Source of the DNA: Malacoraja senta
Lineage: Eukaryota
DNA length: 64,000 nucleotides
Assembly: GCA_038087875.1 (NCBI GenBank)
Contig: CM076000.1
Span: 682,001 to 746,000 of the forward strand
Direction: 5' to 3'
The number at the start of each line of letters is the position of its first letter. Within the stretch, counting starts at the first letter, position 1. Positions 37,152 to 49,112 of the stretch are shown piece by piece. The notes under the pieces were generated by a model. It did not search any database. It was not told where the DNA came from and saw only the letters and a list, made by a program, of their open reading frames with translations. The position numbers were made by a program, and so were the translations under genes.

Positions 37152-37469
37152 TTTATTAAAAAGTCGCAATCTTTCAATTTAAATTATTTTCATACCTGTA
37201 ACTGTTTATTAAATTTTGCTTCATTTGTGCAGGGTTGGTGAGCAATTACTAAGGCAGTTGAATTATAGACACTCCAATATGCAAAATGTTCCCTAGGCCT
37301 GAGCCGTAGAATTTGCACAAGAACAACTAATTTCATTGATGGCTATTAGTCAGAAATACTGCATGAATAATTATGATAACTTGTATTTGAAATACTAATA
37401 TACAGTGCCTTACTTTAAAAAATATGGGTGTGTACAATATTTTATGAATTCACAACAAACTTTTTTATT
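37152..37469 (-). terminator. Candidate REV1 polyadenylation signals (minus-strand AATAAA at 37464-69, 37205-10 and 37152-57)
   Basis: TTTATT on the + strand, downstream of the REV1 stop in an AU-rich UTR. Confidence 0.5.
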
Positions 37470-37781
37470 AAATAGAAGTAAACCACTAAAAAAACAAACT
37501 GCTTATAAACAACAATTTTGTAAACACAATGTATTCTACATACATGATAATTTTTACAACACAATTATTTACATGCAACCAACGAGAATTTGGTACACAA
37601 TTTTTGCAGAGGGAAAAAAAAACTACAAAATGTTGTTTTCATTATCAGAAATGTTTCATAAAAACACAACGCGTTTCTACCATGCAAATTTTAAGAGCTT
37701 CACAAAGGTTTTATGGCACAAGATGAGAGCTCCAGGCTCCAATGTTTTACAGATTTTAAAAATATCACTAGCAATGTCTTT

Positions 37782-37893
37782 TCATGTAAATTTTAACATG
37801 CTGCCGTAGATTTGTTGCATTACAACCTGAACGTTGTCAAGAATGAAGTCAAAAGCCATGTTCCACAGAGAGTCTGCTGATTGTTGGATTAGC
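37782..37893 (-). CDS. REV1: REV1 last coding exon (LIQQSADSLWNMAFDFILDNVQVVMQQIYGSMLKFT*)
   Basis: gacag acceptor; TGA stop; matches the REV1 C-terminus. Confidence 0.97.
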
Positions 37894-40800
37894 CTGTCAG
37901 AGAACAATATAGAAAGCATAATTTTCCTTGCATTATTCTGTGACTGAAAATAATTATGCAGCATCCAGGAGCAAAAATGACTGCAACACATGCATCAAGT
38001 TATCAATGATTAAATAGATCTAAAGTATAAAAAACAAAACATCCCCAAAATTCTAAACTGCACAGAAAATATGAATGATTCTGTTGTGAACCTACATACA
38101 AAATATTAATTTATTTTGAACTTAGTTAAAGTTTTGCTGATGTGCTGAAGGTTTTCATTGCTGAAAGGTATTGAATGTTTGATACAATTCAAATTTTCTG
38201 CCAAAACCAGCACAGATTTGGTCCCTGCCATCGCTCCTTCCCCCTCGTAAAAAGAGTTATGGGTAATTAAGGGGAAATTTGTCACTGCAGCTTATGGAAG
38301 ACTAAGTACTATTGGAAAGTAGCATTTGCCAATGCCACTTCTGAATTGTAACAATGTCCTTCATGGGCCAGATCTTTCTGGTGTACTCCCATTGTCCATT
38401 TTATATATCATCGGAAGAGACAACATAAATGGGGATAGACAGTTCTGAAGATCAGCCATGGCTGCAATGCCAGTGATTACCAAGGACACACCGACTTCAC
38501 AGCACGGGCAGATGTGTTGCGGAGTTACTTTTCTTAGCATCAGCAATACAATAATATCTGTCAGATTTTACCCATGTTTATTTCTGTCGATAACAATGTA
38601 TTGGGTGCTTTTAAACTTTAAAAAGTTTCAAGCTTCAGAGTATCAGTGAGGTTTTAAACTACAAGAATGAAAATAAGAGACCAAGAAGTTAGACTATTAG
38701 TCGCATAATTTGGTATTCAAATGGAATGAAACTCAGGAGCACCACTGTACACAATTTTCCTTACATACCGAGTGCTAAAGTCCAGCAGCCTTCCCAGATA
38801 TGTGAGCAGAATTCAAAGACTTGGCCTTTAAAGTGCACAGAGTTATTGAGGGGAAAAAAGCTTTGGTACGGAAAAGAAAACCAAACTAATTGAAGTTTTA
38901 GCAATTTGCTATTTGAAATCAAAGGTAGGAGAGAAGCCAAAGATATTGATTGAAAAGAACAAAGGATGGAGTCACCAGAGGTAAAGGTGGTAGTTGCTGG
39001 TTAAACATGTAGTACCATTCCCAATGAATAAACAAAACTCCATTGCTCCAAAGGTAATGAAGGCCTCATAATCTGATGTAGGATTGGATCTTGGACAATA
39101 TATGGAATCATCATGTAACACTGTTAGGCGAGTGAGGTGGTCATTAATAAATGGATGAATGAACAAAGAGGAAGTTAATGCAGGTCAGGAAACACTTGGA
39201 TTTATGTGGAAGGAATCAGAATGAACCTTTAATAAAGCAATTTCAATCAAAATTAAAGATTGCTTTAGGGAGCTGAAAAGTGGCAAGTTTATTTAGATAT
39301 ACATGTCAAATGATTTGGAGATGCCCAAGGCAACTATTTAGAAAATGGTTGGCTGTTAAAATGTAAACTTCCATTCACTAATATAGTAAATGGAAATTAA
39401 ATAAAGTAAAGTAAATCTTCACTGAAAAGTGATCAATTCTCAGTTAATCCCAACGAAAGAGTATTCTGTTTCTGGTGCCTTTCTTCCATAGATATAGAAG
39501 CAGAAAACGCTAACCTAATAATAATTTGATTGGGGTTTGGGCAGCAGGACGATGATAATTAGCTGTTTAACTATTTTTTGTAAAACTCCCTGTGGAGCAG
39601 CACGAGTGGCAGCAAAATTATCATGTGGTATATACAATGGCAGGAGTCACTTACGCATAATTTCCTGGAATTTCTGCAAAATGATAATAATGATGTACGC
39701 TGTAGATGTGCCATTACTATGGCGCAAGCTTTCAGTAAATGCAAGCCCATTGAAGATTAATGGCACTACCTTGAGAATAACAAATGTAATAGTCAACACC
39801 ATAAAATTGGACAGAAGTTGCATAAATAAATGTTCATAATAAGGAAATTGAAAGGGAAAGTTTCTTCACGATAATTGTGATTTAGACCAGGAAAAAAATG
39901 AGTTAAAGTCTATTTTCTCCATTAAGATAGTAGATATTACAATAGTGAAAGAAAAGTGGGAAGGAGGATTTGCAAAAGTCAGATATGTAAAGGAACCAGA
40001 ATTGCAACGGTTGAAACAGATGCAAGACAGCAGTAAATATACTTTTACGGAAAGTTACAATTAGAATTACTTATAGTGGATTTAAAACTATGCAGAAAAT
40101 AATACACAATGATCATGGTGCCTTGTCCTCCTATTATAAAGAAGATATATATTTTTTAAAAGGACACTGATCCAAGTAGCATGAAATAATACTTTATATA
40201 GAATATCCTACAAGATACAGATGATGAAAGGCAGAAGAGTGTACAGCTGAGGAGATAAATATGAAGTCTGGTGAGGTGATTTACTGGGATGATTCGGTTG
40301 ATCAGTTGGTTAACTGATAAATTGATCGATCATTTACAAAAGCAAAAGACTGAATTTTGAACAGCACTGATCATTGCCAACAGTAAAGAAGAGAGTTATC
40401 AGGAATCGTAATCTTACACAGGAAGTATTGATTTCACTTAACAAAGTTGTTAGTTGTTATGGAGCATCATCAAAAATGAGAAGAATTTAGATTTACTTTA
40501 AATTACTTTAGACGGGTATGACTCAAACAGATTTTAAAGAGATGGCATTAATGATGCATAGTGCAAAGAGGAAATAACATGCGCAGGCAGGTATGCTTTT
40601 AATAAAAAGCCTTGTGTATGACAGATGACAATTTAAATGTTTTAGTCAAAACAAGTAAAAGCATCAAGTGCCATAAACAACAGTATTTGTGAATAAACTA
40701 GCATCTGAGGAAAGTGTTATATGGAGTTATCAATATCATTATAATAAACAGAGGGAACAACAAATCTGTTATCAGAATTGTAAAGAACATCTTTTTTAAA

Positions 40801-41817
40801 TTATGATGCGTCATCCCGTTAGTTAGAATGGATTTTTAAATCTAGGACCTGCATTTGAATCCTGCCCAAAGTGGTGGGAATATAGCTCCTTTTTTTGGCA
40901 TGTTCAAAGTGAAATAAGGTTTCTCATTGACACCAATTTTTTAATTTGGTATGAGCTCACATCAAAACTGAAAAAGACTATGTTATGAAATCATTCATTG
41001 CAATTACAATATAAATTTATTTCTCTGGCACTGTCAAGAATATCAAGAATATAAAATTATCAATTGGTTTGAAATGAACTTTACAGCAGTGACTAGACTG
41101 ATCTCTTTTACATAACACAACTACTGCATTGCATCTTTCAAAATCATAGAAAATGGATTTGTTTCTAAATTGCTAATGTCACTTAAAGATCACAGGATGA
41201 TTACTTCGGGAAAACTAGAAAGGTTCAACACAGGATTAAGGATCCACAAGACCAATCCTTTCCTTTTTCTTATGTTACACTGGGCTTTTCTGAAATTGTC
41301 AACTATTTTCTTGAAGAGCATCAGAAATTTGAATCTTGGTCTAACTTTAATCAGTATGTACTTGACCCAAACAAAGTGTCCTAAATTTGGAAAAGTCACC
41401 CCTTTCAATCTCTTCAGCACAAACCATAAGGAATGAAGAACTCCATTAGGAACCTGAATCATTAAACATTTCTCACTGGCTATCCTATGGTGCATTTGAA
41501 ATATGAACAAGAACAAAAGTGGTCCATAATAATGATTCATAAGTTCAATTTAATCATACATTGCCATAAACAATTCCAATCTGAGGACAATGATTTATGA
41601 AATCTAATCTTACAACACTATATTTAACAATGAATTTATGTAACTCTCACATACAACATTCATACATTAATCTATGGCCACTTATAAAGCAGTTTATGGT
41701 TCCGCAAATAAATAATATTCAAGCATGAGTTCAACAGCAGAAAGTGCTCTTTAAAAACATACTTGATCTGGATATTATAGTTAACACAGCATAGCTTGAC
41801 AGATAAATGGATATTAC

Positions 41818-41920
41818 CTTTTCATATACTTAATAACGAGGTCCAATTTTTCTAGATCTTTTTCTTCAATGAGATCAGTGCAATACTTAACAACCTGTAG
41901 AATGTCCTCTTCTACTGGCT
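41818..41920 (-). CDS. REV1: REV1 CTD exon (EPVEEDILQVVKYCTDLIEEKDLEKLDLVIKYMKR)
   Basis: tatag / gtaata; phase 1/2; near identical to the human CTD. Confidence 0.97.
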
Positions 41921-42712
41921 CTATACAAATATTTTTTCAAAAACTGAGAAATTAGTGTTAGCAGAAATCCAATTTTGAATACAATATTTTGTTTTAAAGG
42001 GCATTGGACTTTCTGTATCTCCCATTTTTCTAAAATTTTAATTACCATGAAAAAGTTGCATAATTTTTCAAAAGCACTGTGCATGCAAGTTCAAACACAA
42101 ATTTAAGAGGAATAGAATCTACCATTTCTCCCACCTTTTCACTAAAATGATACGTCTAATATCAAAATAATTCCTCTGTCACTGCATCCAAATGGCGTGT
42201 CATGTCGTGATAAACTTCAATCATCCTAAAGTAGTTCATTACTTGTCAGCCACATTTGGAGTTGCAGTAAACTCTGTGGAATAGGCATAATTGCATAGGA
42301 TTGCACAATAGATATTAGTTTACCTTAATTTTAATACTAACATTCAATATCCAGAATCAACTGCCTTGCTGATACTGATCTCTAAAGAGTGTAGGAGTTA
42401 CAAACGATTTACAAAACATGCAGGGAGTCATTGAGTACACATCTATTAACTCTATCTATCACTTGGTCCATAGCTCTCTAGCACTATTTTTCGTTGCCTA
42501 CATTAATATTTTCCTTATGTGGCTCGATGTCAACTTATTTCAATCAGCATATATGAAATACCTTTTCCTTGAAAAAACTGATGTATGTAGTTGCAGCATT
42601 TCAGATGACTACTGTGGCTTCCTATATTAGACTATTTTGTGAACTTTTTGGGTTCAAAAATTGAACTCTGGCTTAAATCATCAGGATGCTATTACTATTA
42701 TTTTAGACATAC

Positions 42713-42869
42713 CTCCAATGGTTGTAACCCATTCTTTGAGAAGTGATTTTACATCTTGCAGTTCATAGGCTCCAGCAAGATTAGCTCTCAGATGCACTGA
42801 GTCAGTGCAATTTTCATGTTGTAACGATTCATCTGCCCGGTGGTTGGATGTGGAAGCAACAGGATCACC
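42713..42869 (-). CDS. REV1: REV1 coding exon, start of the C-terminal domain (GDPVASTS...NLAGAYELQDVKSLLKEWVTTIG)
   Basis: tacag / gtatgt; phase 0/1. Confidence 0.94.
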
Positions 42870-43339
42870 CTGTAAACAAATAAAAACTGGTCATGTAAAA
42901 TGATTTACACACTAGCTCACTGATATTTAAGGAACTTTTACTTCTTTTTGGGAGAACAGAACGGTACAATTGCTATACCTGTCAGTAAGATGCTATCATT
43001 AGTTTAGATCCATTAACTGTACAACCAAGCTACATTAGTAAGAATGTGGCTGTAGGCTCATCCCAACAAGTAAACAACCCTTTTTTAACCAAGATTATCA
43101 AATATTAATCCATGCTGTTTACTAGAAATTGTTTTTAAGATGCTGCAAAATCAACCTTCTAATAGTGATTGGACTTTTGATTTGAATTGTAAGGAACACA
43201 AGTTAGTAAATACATTAAATGATGGCTGATATGACAGTCTCAGCTCCATCTTTCTGTCTGTACTGTGAGAATCCCCAACTTTTCTATAGTTTAAAAACGA
43301 TCCTGGCTTTGAGTACTTTCAGTGATTCAGTTTTAGTAG

Positions 43340-44130
43340 CACTTGGGATTGAGAATTCCAAAGATACATGACCAGTGAGGTGAGAAATTACTATTTATCT
43401 CAGTACGAAAGGGGTAACCCAATTTTATATTTCATATGAGGGCACCTAATTCAATCTTTACAATAGTATTCTGTAGCCAATCTCCATTTAAATAACATTC
43501 TGCTTTTCAACTTTCTTTACAAAAATGGATGACCTCACATTTCCAATGGTATACTTTATCTCCCACATGTTTGCCCACTTGCTTTGCCTATCGCTATGCA
43601 TTTGCAGACTTTTTGTATGCTCTTCAAAACTTTGTACCCCATCTCTTTTTGGGCCATCAATAAATCTGGCTATATAAGACTTAGCCCCTTTACCTGTCAT
43701 GAAGATATCATAAATACCTAAGGCCTCTGCACTGTGGCATCTCACTATCTATTGCTTGCCAACCAGAGAATATTCCATAAATGTTGACTCTCTTTTCTGT
43801 TAGCCAACCTTCTATCCAGGTTAATATATCCAGGCTATTGCTGTTAGCTTTAACCGTATGCAGTGGACTTGTATGTGTCACACAAATTAAAGGTGACTGA
43901 AATCCAAACACTGTTTACTAATAAACTTGTCAAATGTCATTTGGCTTCCATAAAACCATTATGACTGCCTGACTGTGTTCAGATTTTTTAAATGTCTGGT
44001 CATTACCTCATCAAAAATAGATTCAAGTATTTTGTATCTTCATGCTTTCTGTCTCCTCTTTTCTTGAATAGGGGCATTATATTTTGAATCTGCTATGACT
44101 TTCCCAGAATTGAGGGAATTTTGGAATAAC
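43340..44130 (-). mobile_element. Ancient, highly degenerate CR1
   Basis: Residual LTWIEGWL...FSGWQA and KWANMW motifs. Confidence 0.55.
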
Positions 44131-44390
44131 ACAATCAATGCCAACATTTTTAAATTATGGGAAAATCCAAAAGATTCTGAATATTGTCTGCTAAGTGAAT
44201 GATACTTGCCAATTTAGATAAACAAGATTCCCACAGTCAGAGCATCATGAAAATAAATCGATTAGAACGGATACAGCATTTTTACGTACAAGACTAAATA
44301 AAATGAACTCAAAACAAATTATTAAGTTAAAACTAGACATAATTTAACTATTGAAGTAGATTTAGCGTAAATCTAGCAGCACAATATTAC

Positions 44391-44575
44391 CTGAAATTTT
44401 TCTTTGACTTGGCGTTCATGTCGGATCAAGTCAGGCAGTACATTATGTGGACTGATTAACTTATTTTTAAGAGGACTTAGAGCTTTAATAGGACTAGTGT
44501 GATTCTTCTTTTTAAAACGTTTCTTCGATTTTTCAGGAAGAGTGTTCTTTAACTGTAGCAATTGATTTTTCATGC
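44391..44575 (-). CDS. REV1: REV1 coding exon with a basic NLS-like stretch (MKNQLLQLK...KSKKRFKKK...KEKFQ)
   Basis: tttag / gtaata; phase 1/0; similar to human KNPLLHLK...KKRNKKKK...SP. Confidence 0.9.
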
Positions 44576-45908
44576 CTAAAAGATTAAGAAAAATGTCACC
44601 ACCTCTTTGAGGATCACACCCACATCATTTCAGAAGCAAACAGTGAACCATTAACATACACTTTAGTAGCTTTTCCAGCCATTATCACTCCAAAAGCTTC
44701 ATGCTCTATCCATTTTCTTCAAAATGCTAAATTCCTAATCTTTATGGTTATGTGCCCTGCTATCTACACAAAACACCACAGTGAACAATCATTATTTTGC
44801 TTCCTTCATATTTTCTGGACCATCATCTACTCACATCCTTTGTGAGTGATTAAGCTGAACTGCATTCCCTCTAGATTCACATATATAAAATTACCTCAAG
44901 CAAAGCAATGGATTGTGACAGCATCTCGAAGGGTATACAAAGAAAGTGACCAAAACTGGAATAACCTCACTTGCAATGTTCCCCATAGGTACCTGTGAAT
45001 CTGCTTCTGCACCTTGCAGTTTTACAGTTTAGCTCAGGATCTCTAAATTGAGGAAGGGATAGCCCCAAGTATAAATACTCAATGCTGAGAGCAGAAATAC
45101 TTGATACTGTTTAAAACTCATACAATTCGTTCAAAGATTCTTCCAGTTATTGTTAAATAATTTTATCAAACATAATTCAAAGGGAAAATATAAAGATACA
45201 ACCATATAGAAAGAGTGATTTGTGAGCAGCTAATACTGTAGAAATGTCACCACAAATAAGACAACTATTTAAAAATAATGCAAGGACAGAAAGCTTTGAG
45301 GCTAACTATTTCACTGACTGGTCCCAATTAAAAGAAAAGGGCAACAACACAAATGGATATTTAAGTCAATGCATTCTCAATCAAATTTCTTCAAATGTTA
45401 TGAGGTGGTTTAAAGATGGAGGGGTTTATGAAATACTGCCAAGTTATTATTTCCGCAAATTATAATGACTGGTTGCTGCAAAGACATTTTTCTTGAGAAT
45501 GGTAAGTAGATTGCATGTCTGTGAATAGTTGATTGTAACATTTGGATGAAAAGTTTGAAGCAAATGTCTTCATATTTTTTTAATGTCTGCGCCATAGATT
45601 TGGTCTTGGTCAATGGAAGACAAAACGGACAAGCAGTAATTCTGGCCTGCCACATACTCCCTTAATATAGTCCACAATGTTGCTGTCTGTAGATTTATTG
45701 ACCAGACAAACTTTATTAAATTAGATATTTATGAACGTTCACGCTGTTTCATAAACGTGAGTGACAATTAGTCTCCTTGCGTTTTGCTTTAACTTAAATG
45801 TCATTCCTTTCTCCCTCATGTCTATCCATTTATAGAATTATATTTAGTGAGAAATCTGAATAATTAGAGACTGCACCTGAAAGACCCCAGTATTATTAGT
45901 AATCTCAC

Positions 45909-45990
45909 CTTGTCGATGTCTTTGATCATAAGCAGTTTTTAGTTCTTCTTGTACATCAGGGGGAAGAGCAGCAAAAACCTCAGGATCAAC
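45909..45990 (-). CDS. REV1: REV1 coding exon, UBM2 core (VDPEVFAALPPDVQEELKTAYDQRHRQG)
   Basis: ttcag acceptor; donor AAG|gtgaga chosen because it gives the phase 1 needed by the next exon, so the 3' boundary is less certain. Confidence 0.85.
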
Positions 45991-46118
45991 CTGAAAATAA
46001 AATATCCTGAATACTAAATCCCTTTTATGTGATGAAGATTTGATCATTTATACAGATGGAGCAATTTGGTCATCAAGATTTACAAAAAGTTTAACCACGA
46101 CAATAAGTGACACTTTAC

Positions 46119-46352
46119 CTGTGAAAAGGCTGGGAGAGCTACGATCATTCCAGCAGCACTGCTTGGTGCCTGAGCTTCTGGCAACTCGAGAATCAGTGTC
46201 CCCATTGACCCAGGTTCGTTTCCAGTAACAATGCCTCTCACTGATTCTTTGACACGGATATCAGTAAAACTGGGTTGTTGTCGAGCTGAGAATGTCTGCT
46301 CCACCTGCGCTCTTATATCTGGAGGGAGCGCAGCCAAAACGGTAGGATCTAT
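46119..46352 (-). CDS. REV1: REV1 coding exon, UBM1 core to start of UBM2 (IDPTVLAALPPDIRAQVEQ...ALPAFSQ)
   Basis: tttag / gtaaag; 234 nt. Confidence 0.95.
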
Positions 46353-46857
46353 CTAAAAAAAGAGAAAAACATAATATTACTTTTTAAAAAAATGTTTTGA
46401 GCACATTTTCTAAAAGGTTTAGATTTCAAATTTTTGGTGCACAAAGAATTTAAAAGCCATGATATCTTTTGTACACTAGTAACTAAAATTTGTACACTAA
46501 AATATCTAATAAAACTATAAATCACACACGACACTACACATTTCACAAAGCAATGTCAAGAATAAAGTACTTACTTTAAACATAAAATTATGCAATTTTC
46601 TTTTAAAATCATCATTGATACTTTAATTGCAGCATCTCATTCCAGATGAATATAAAAAAAACTATATGAATAATTTGCTATTTAAAAAATTCACTACAGT
46701 ATTTCAATAATTCACTACTTAAAAAATTAAAACTTTTAGATCTAAGCATGTTCTAAAATCCACCTGACTTGCATGGTAAAATGTCTAAAGATGTATACAG
46801 AATGCTGCAAAGGTTATTCTGTACATAGAAAGGTTAAATCTTACCAAGCGTTGAAGA

Positions 46858-47518
46858 GCTGAAAGTAAGCTTGCAGGTACAGCAGGCGGTGAGGAAAGCT
46901 AATATGCCATTATTGGCCTTCATTACAAGGATTTGATTTTAGGAGCAAGGAGGTCCTACTGCAGTTGTACAGGGCCCTGGTGAGACCACACCTGGAGTAG
47001 TGTGCAGTTTTGGTCTCTTAATTTGAGGAAGGACATTCTTGCTATTGAGGGAGTGCAGCGTAGGTTCACCAGGTTAATTCCCGGGATGGCGGGACTGACA
47101 TATGATGAAAGAATGGGTCGACTGGGCTTGTATTCACTGGAATTTAGAAAGATGAGAGGGGATCTCATAGAAACATATAACATTCTTAAAAGATTGGACA
47201 GGCTAGATGCAGGAAAAAAATTTCACGTGTTGGGGGAGTCCAGAACCAGGGTTTACAGTTTAAGAATAAGGGGTAGGCCATTTAGGACTGAGGTGAGGAA
47301 AAACTTTTTCACCCAGAGTGTTGTGAATCTGTGGAATTCTCTGCCATATAAGGCAGTGGAGGCCAATTCACTGGATGTTTTCAAGAGTGAGTTAGATTTA
47401 GCTCTAAGGGCTAACGGAATCAAGGGATACGGATTTTGGATGATCAGCCATGATCATATTGAATGGCGGTGCTGACTCGAAGGGCCGAATGGCCTACTCC
47501 TGCACCTGTTTTCTATGA
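46858..47518 (+). mobile_element. CR1 3' fragment
   Basis: RT C-terminus and GGCCGAATGGCCTACTCCTGCACC tail. Confidence 0.9.
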
Positions 47519-48003
47519 CCACCTAAGTTACTTTTTCAGAAATGTCCAAATCGGATTTGAATATAGGTTGGCACATTTGGCTTCAGTAGTTCTCAGAACA
47601 TTGGGCAAGGTTCCTCCTTCTGAATGCTATCGTGTGACCAGTGTTGTAAGTGTGTGAAAATGGTGTCAGACTAATAGGTGAACATTGTCCCAATACACTC
47701 ATTAATACCTTGAAGTGCTTTCTCTCAAAATTCACACATGAACAATACTCACTTGGGAAAGTTACCAAGAAAGCTTTCCCCTGGAAATGAGTGTGTTTTC
47801 ATGCAAAAAAAGAAAAAAATGATAGTAAACGTAAAAAAAAGTGCACCACATTGTTTTTGCCAGGCACTGAAAAATTGATTTGGAATAGGTCTTCCATCAA
47901 TTTTTCATTTGGTGGAGTGCCATAAATAACATTTACAATAAATTTTACCAGAACAATGAACTCTCAAGAAACGAAAGATAAAACTAGTATAAAGAAGTCG
48001 AAT

Positions 48004-48135
48004 GTGTAGGAAGGAACTGCAGATGCTGATTTAAAACGAAGATAGACACAAAAAGCTGGAGTAACTCAGCAGGACAGGCAGCATCCCTGGAGAGAAGGAA
48101 TGGGTGACGTTTCGGGTCGAGACCCTTCTTCAGAC
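48004..48135 (-). mobile_element. Penelope-derived mini-element with an intact hammerhead core
   Basis: Minus strand GTCTGAAGAAGGGTCTCGACCCGAAACGTCACCC; TSD AGAAGTC(G/T)AAT. Confidence 0.88.
48102..48135 (-). ncRNA. Minimal type I hammerhead ribozyme motif (putative)
   Basis: CUGANGA box, extra A, stem II GGGU/ACCC, GAAA, palindromic ACGU stem III, GUC cleavage triplet; stem I only 2 bp. Confidence 0.65.
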
Positions 48136-48654
48136 AGAAGTCTAATCTTGGGATCGCCTTTTCTGAACAGATTGTTTTCATCACCACACCCCATCTCTTT
48201 AAAATAAATTATGTACTTTCATATTCATATATCTAAACTGAAAACACTGAAATCGATGGAAAAAATATATGGTCAGGAGTTCCAAGTAAAATAACAAATT
48301 CCAGTCTTTGAAAATGTCATGGCTTTTAAAACCAAGGAATGATCAAAGCCAAGGAAGTTCTTTTAATTCTTCTCAAAGTTCACAAATTTGATAGAACCAA
48401 AGAGATGATCCTACACAATAGTTTTGAAAATAACATCCGTGCAACAAAGAGCCTGTCTAAAGTCATAATGCAACTGTGAAATTGACCTGCATGGATCCAA
48501 GTGTTGTTCAAGTAGTTTAAATATACGAGTGAAAACTTAATGATGCATGTTATATTTACACAATAGCAATAATTCTTAAGTTGAAAAACATCATTGGCAA
48601 GAGCTCTATTCTTTATTGCAGTTATTGTCCAGGGAAAGAATGACATAACTATTC

Positions 48655-48755
48655 TGGGTCTGAAGAAGGGTGTCTAACCAAAACGTCAACCGTCCCTTTT
48701 TTCCAGAGATGCTTCTTGATCCACTGAGTTACTCCACCACTTTGTGACTATCTAT
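48655..48755 (+). mobile_element. Degenerate Penelope-derived terminal repeat
   Basis: GGGTCTGAAGAAGGGTGTCTAACCAAAACGTC...GAGTTACTCCA. Confidence 0.7.
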
Positions 48756-48933
48756 CTCAGATCTATATCTAAGTAACTTGACTATTGTTGTCTTAGACGG
48801 TGGAAGGAGATATTGATAATCTTTTGAACTAATATTTCAAGTATAGATATAAATTAAAACAAGAGACTAGCTTATTCAAAAAAACATTGTATTGTTGTTA
48901 AAGATTCTGTAATAACAAATACTTGCACATTAC

Positions 48934-49112
48934 CTGAGAAGGGGATGGCACTTCAATATTAATGCCAGCTCTTTCCTTACGGACAGGTGTGTTCTCTGAG
49001 GTAAGCATTCCACCAGTTTTTAATGAGGTTTCTGAACTTCTGAGATGTGTGTTAGATGAAAGCAGGGGAGAGTTTCCAGTTGTTTGTGCCTTTTTTCTTG
49101 CAGTAACAGGGT
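48934..49112 (-). CDS. REV1: REV1 coding exon (DPVTARKK...INIEVPSPSQ), start of UBM1
   Basis: ttcag / gtaatg; phase 1/0; conserved IEVPSPSQ. Confidence 0.88.
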
